Shown: positions 61,283 through 64,000 of the stretch, piece after piece
Layout: each line of letters starts with the position of its first letter
How positions within the stretch are numbered: the stretch's first letter is position 1
NCBI GenBank assembly: GCA_017654855.1
Contig: CM030332.1
Span: forward strand, 2,480,001-2,544,000
Length of the DNA: 64,000 nt
Direction of reading: 5' to 3'
DNA from: Podospora anserina
Taxonomy: Eukaryota
Position numbers and translations under genes: made by a program
The notes under the pieces: generated by a model
The model's database searches: none
Told to the model about the DNA's origin: nothing
Seen by the model: the letters and a program-made list of their open reading frames with translations, nothing else

Positions 61283-64000
61283 TCAAGTTGAAGGCTTCAA
61301 AGCCTCCCAGCCGCCAACTTCAACACCGGTATCATCCCCTAACAGGTCGACCGTCGATGTCATCACCGACTTCCTAGGCGCCGGTGGCGGAGGGGGGGTC
61401 TGCTTCACAGTCTGTGGTTGCGCTGCCGTACCAAGCGGTTTGCGAATAGGTAGCTGCGGTCTCCGCTCAATCCCACCTGTCTGGCCTGCCAAACCCGGGA
61501 GCGGTATGCCTCCAGCGGGTGTTGAGCGTCCTGAAGAGGCGATGCTGGCACCAGTGTTTGCTCGTCGGGGCAGTTGTGGTGGCGGTGGGAACTCATCTCT
61601 CAAACTCACGTTGCTAGAGGGTGGACCGTTCGAGAAAGACCCGGAAACCGTCGAGGTTGACCGGCGAGGAGGAAGGCCTGGCAGAGGAGTCTCTAAGCTA
61701 ACCTGCAAAGCCTTCAAATCCGACATCGAGCTGGAATGGTCATCTGCGTTCGGGGGAGACGACGAGGCCACAAGATGAGCTGGTTTCTTCGCTACAGGAG
61801 GTGCTGGCTTGTGTTTAATAGTTTGTTGAGCAGACTGCTGCGTGGGCTGCTGTTGTTGCTGCGGCTCCGTCGGCTTCGAAGTAAGAGGCAGAACGGGCAG
61901 TCCATTCCCCACTGGTACACGCTTTTGGTGCAGTGCGGCGGTTGGGTTATTGACGGTTGATCCAGTACTCAAACCAGTTTGCCTGCGAGGCGGAGGTGGA
62001 GGAGGGGCCGCATCTGATTGGGTAGGTCTCGAATCCTCACTGATCGGCTTTCTTCCAACCTTGGCGGGCAGAGTGGATGGATCGAAAGGAGGGGGCAGCT
62101 TTCTTGGTGTCGTACTTGATGCCGAAGACGAGAGAAGAGCAGAGACATTAACATGCTCAAATGGGGAAGTTGACATGCTTGAGAAGGATGATAAACGAGA
62201 TTCAGATCTTGGGACATTAACCCAATCCGGCTCATCCGTTGGCGCATACGGGTTAGTAGGACGCTTCGGGTTAAGAATCGTGATATATGCTGGGCTTTCG
62301 GGTTTGGGTGGGCTGATGTGTGAGCGTGCCATCTTTCCATTTTCAAGCCACCATCTCTGGCGGTCTGAACTTGATGGCGGAAGCCCGGGTTCGATAGCCT
62401 CATACCCGATCAAGTCTTCTTCATCCGACTCCTCTGTGGCAAGGTTTGCTGTTTCTCCGCCTACTTCGGCTCTCCGTCGCTCGTAGATCTGGCGACTGAT
62501 CCTTTCTCGCAACCTTTCATTGACGATATCGACCTTGCATTCGAAGATGGCATACACGGGCCGGTGATCAGAGAAGCGCAGGGGAGCCGAGTTGTAGGCC
62601 AGCTGCCTGAGATTTGTCCCCTTGCGCAAAATGCGGTCTGTCCATGCTGGTATGCGTGCTTTCTCCCTATTCGAGTTATCAGTAACTGGCCTCACAACTA
62701 TCGCTTGTGTCAGTCGGAACTTACGAGCTGTCAAAGTCATCAGTACCAACATCATACTTGTACGTTGGCATAAACATGATTCGTGCCTCGGAGTAGTACT
62801 GGAAAGCGAGCCCGGCCACCATTTGCAGATTTAGCTGGTCGTTTTCGAACAACCTCTCTAAATCCCTTTGCCTGACCAACTCCTTTGCCGGTTCAAGGCC
62901 TAGGCCAATACGGTAGTTGAAGTCACCAAACCATATGACAGATTCTACGTTTCATTGTTAGCAATGTTACCTTTTGAAGAGGTTGGGTCGCCAAACTGAC
63001 CGTGATCCGCAATCCCCCTGTTTCTCTGGAACCGGAGACCTTGGTCAATGGTAGCATAGTCTCTATTCCGCTCATCGTAGTTGGCAAATCCAGCTGCGAG
63101 GTGAGCCGTGACGAAGCAGATTGGAGTATTGGCGAAATCCAGCCGAATAGCAACAGCTCCCTTGTTGCCTGCCATGCCCGACATTCCTGTCTTCTTGACG
63201 CTTCCTTCAACGTTCTTGATGTAATGGAGCACGGAGGCTTTCACAAAGATGAACAGCGCAGCCCCCACAAGCTGTCCACTCCGCAGTAACACATACTTTT
63301 CGTCCTCTTCTCGGCTGTAGTTGTGGTCCAGGGTTCTCTTAATAGCCTGCTCCCACATTTGTTTTCTCGTTGGGTCGCTGTTCATGATCTGCTGCGGGTT
63401 GAGCTCAACAATCTCCTGGAAGCCAATGGCAATGATTTCTGGCTGTTTGGACCGAGCCTCAGGGGGACAAAGCCACACTGACAAGTCCTCATCGATACCG
63501 TCCGTGCGTCCGTTCAGGTTGAAGGTCCCAACCAAGATGTTTATCGTCTCGTTTGTAGAAAATTCGCCACTCCGGCGCTGCAGTTCGCTGGCCACGTAAT
63601 CACTAATGGGATCGTATAAAATAACTGGCGCCTGTCCGACAAGTCTACCAAGAAGTGTATCGATCGTGGTTTGCCGCGCCTTATCAGTGAAATTGTTGTG
63701 GTACAGTCTGGTTGCTGACTTCCGAACATCAGCGATGGCACCCGCAAGAGACATCTTGCCGTGACGAGTAAAAGACGACTTGAGGGCTCCGGTCCCCGCA
63801 TAGATTTTCGAAAGAGAATCGCCGTTGTCTGCCCAGAGATTAGAATGCCTAGACCAAAAGTCTGATGTTGCATATTCCCCTCTATGACCAAGGAAAGATT
63901 CAACCGCCATCTGGGAAACGATAGTTTGAATGAGGTTGGTCCTGTCCAGGCAATCTAGACAGTTCGTGCGGAAGACACCCTCTTGCTGCAGCACCACAAC
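61283..64000 (-). CDS. Synaptojanin-like polyphosphoinositide phosphatase (Sac1 + inositol 5-phosphatase + Pro-rich tail), 5' end outside the window; introns 63000-62945 and 62724-62667
   Basis: Sac1 catalytic RTNCLDCLDRTN. 5-phosphatase motifs GTFNLNG, GFQEIV, GNKGAV, FVTAHLAAG, WFGDFNYR and PTYKY...PAWTDRIL, plus SDHRPV. Confidence 0.95.

Overview
Gene-dense eukaryotic DNA from a filamentous ascomycete. Short GT-AG introns with CTRAY branch points, the gene content and the codon habits point to Sordariales, probably Podospora-like; this assignment is inference. I can support 22 protein-coding genes, most with hand-placed introns: a frameshifted PAF-acetylhydrolase, a large Ser/Pro-rich protein with a Cys-rich C-terminus, MTM1 carrier, PPZ phosphatase, SUR7/PalI protein, the PRC2 H3K27 methyltransferase (KMT6/SET-7), a DUF3237-like protein, RNA15/CstF-64, PHB2, NEDD8, Elongin A, THOC7, TBCA, SERCA, PUP3, UBX4/TUG, RPL36, a small secreted Cys protein, a class-3 lipase, 14-3-3, an orphan protein and a partial synaptojanin-like phosphatase. 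I found no convincing tRNA, rRNA, transposon or CRISPR. The main unexplained signal is that three genes (RNA15, Elongin A and the orphan at 57.9-58.9 kb) end in UAG and are followed in the same frame by 124-250 further open codons. That layout is expected for stop-loss A-to-I mRNA editing (UAG to UGG) or readthrough; RNA15 is the cleanest case. Intron boundaries and product calls come from reading motifs by eye, without database searches.
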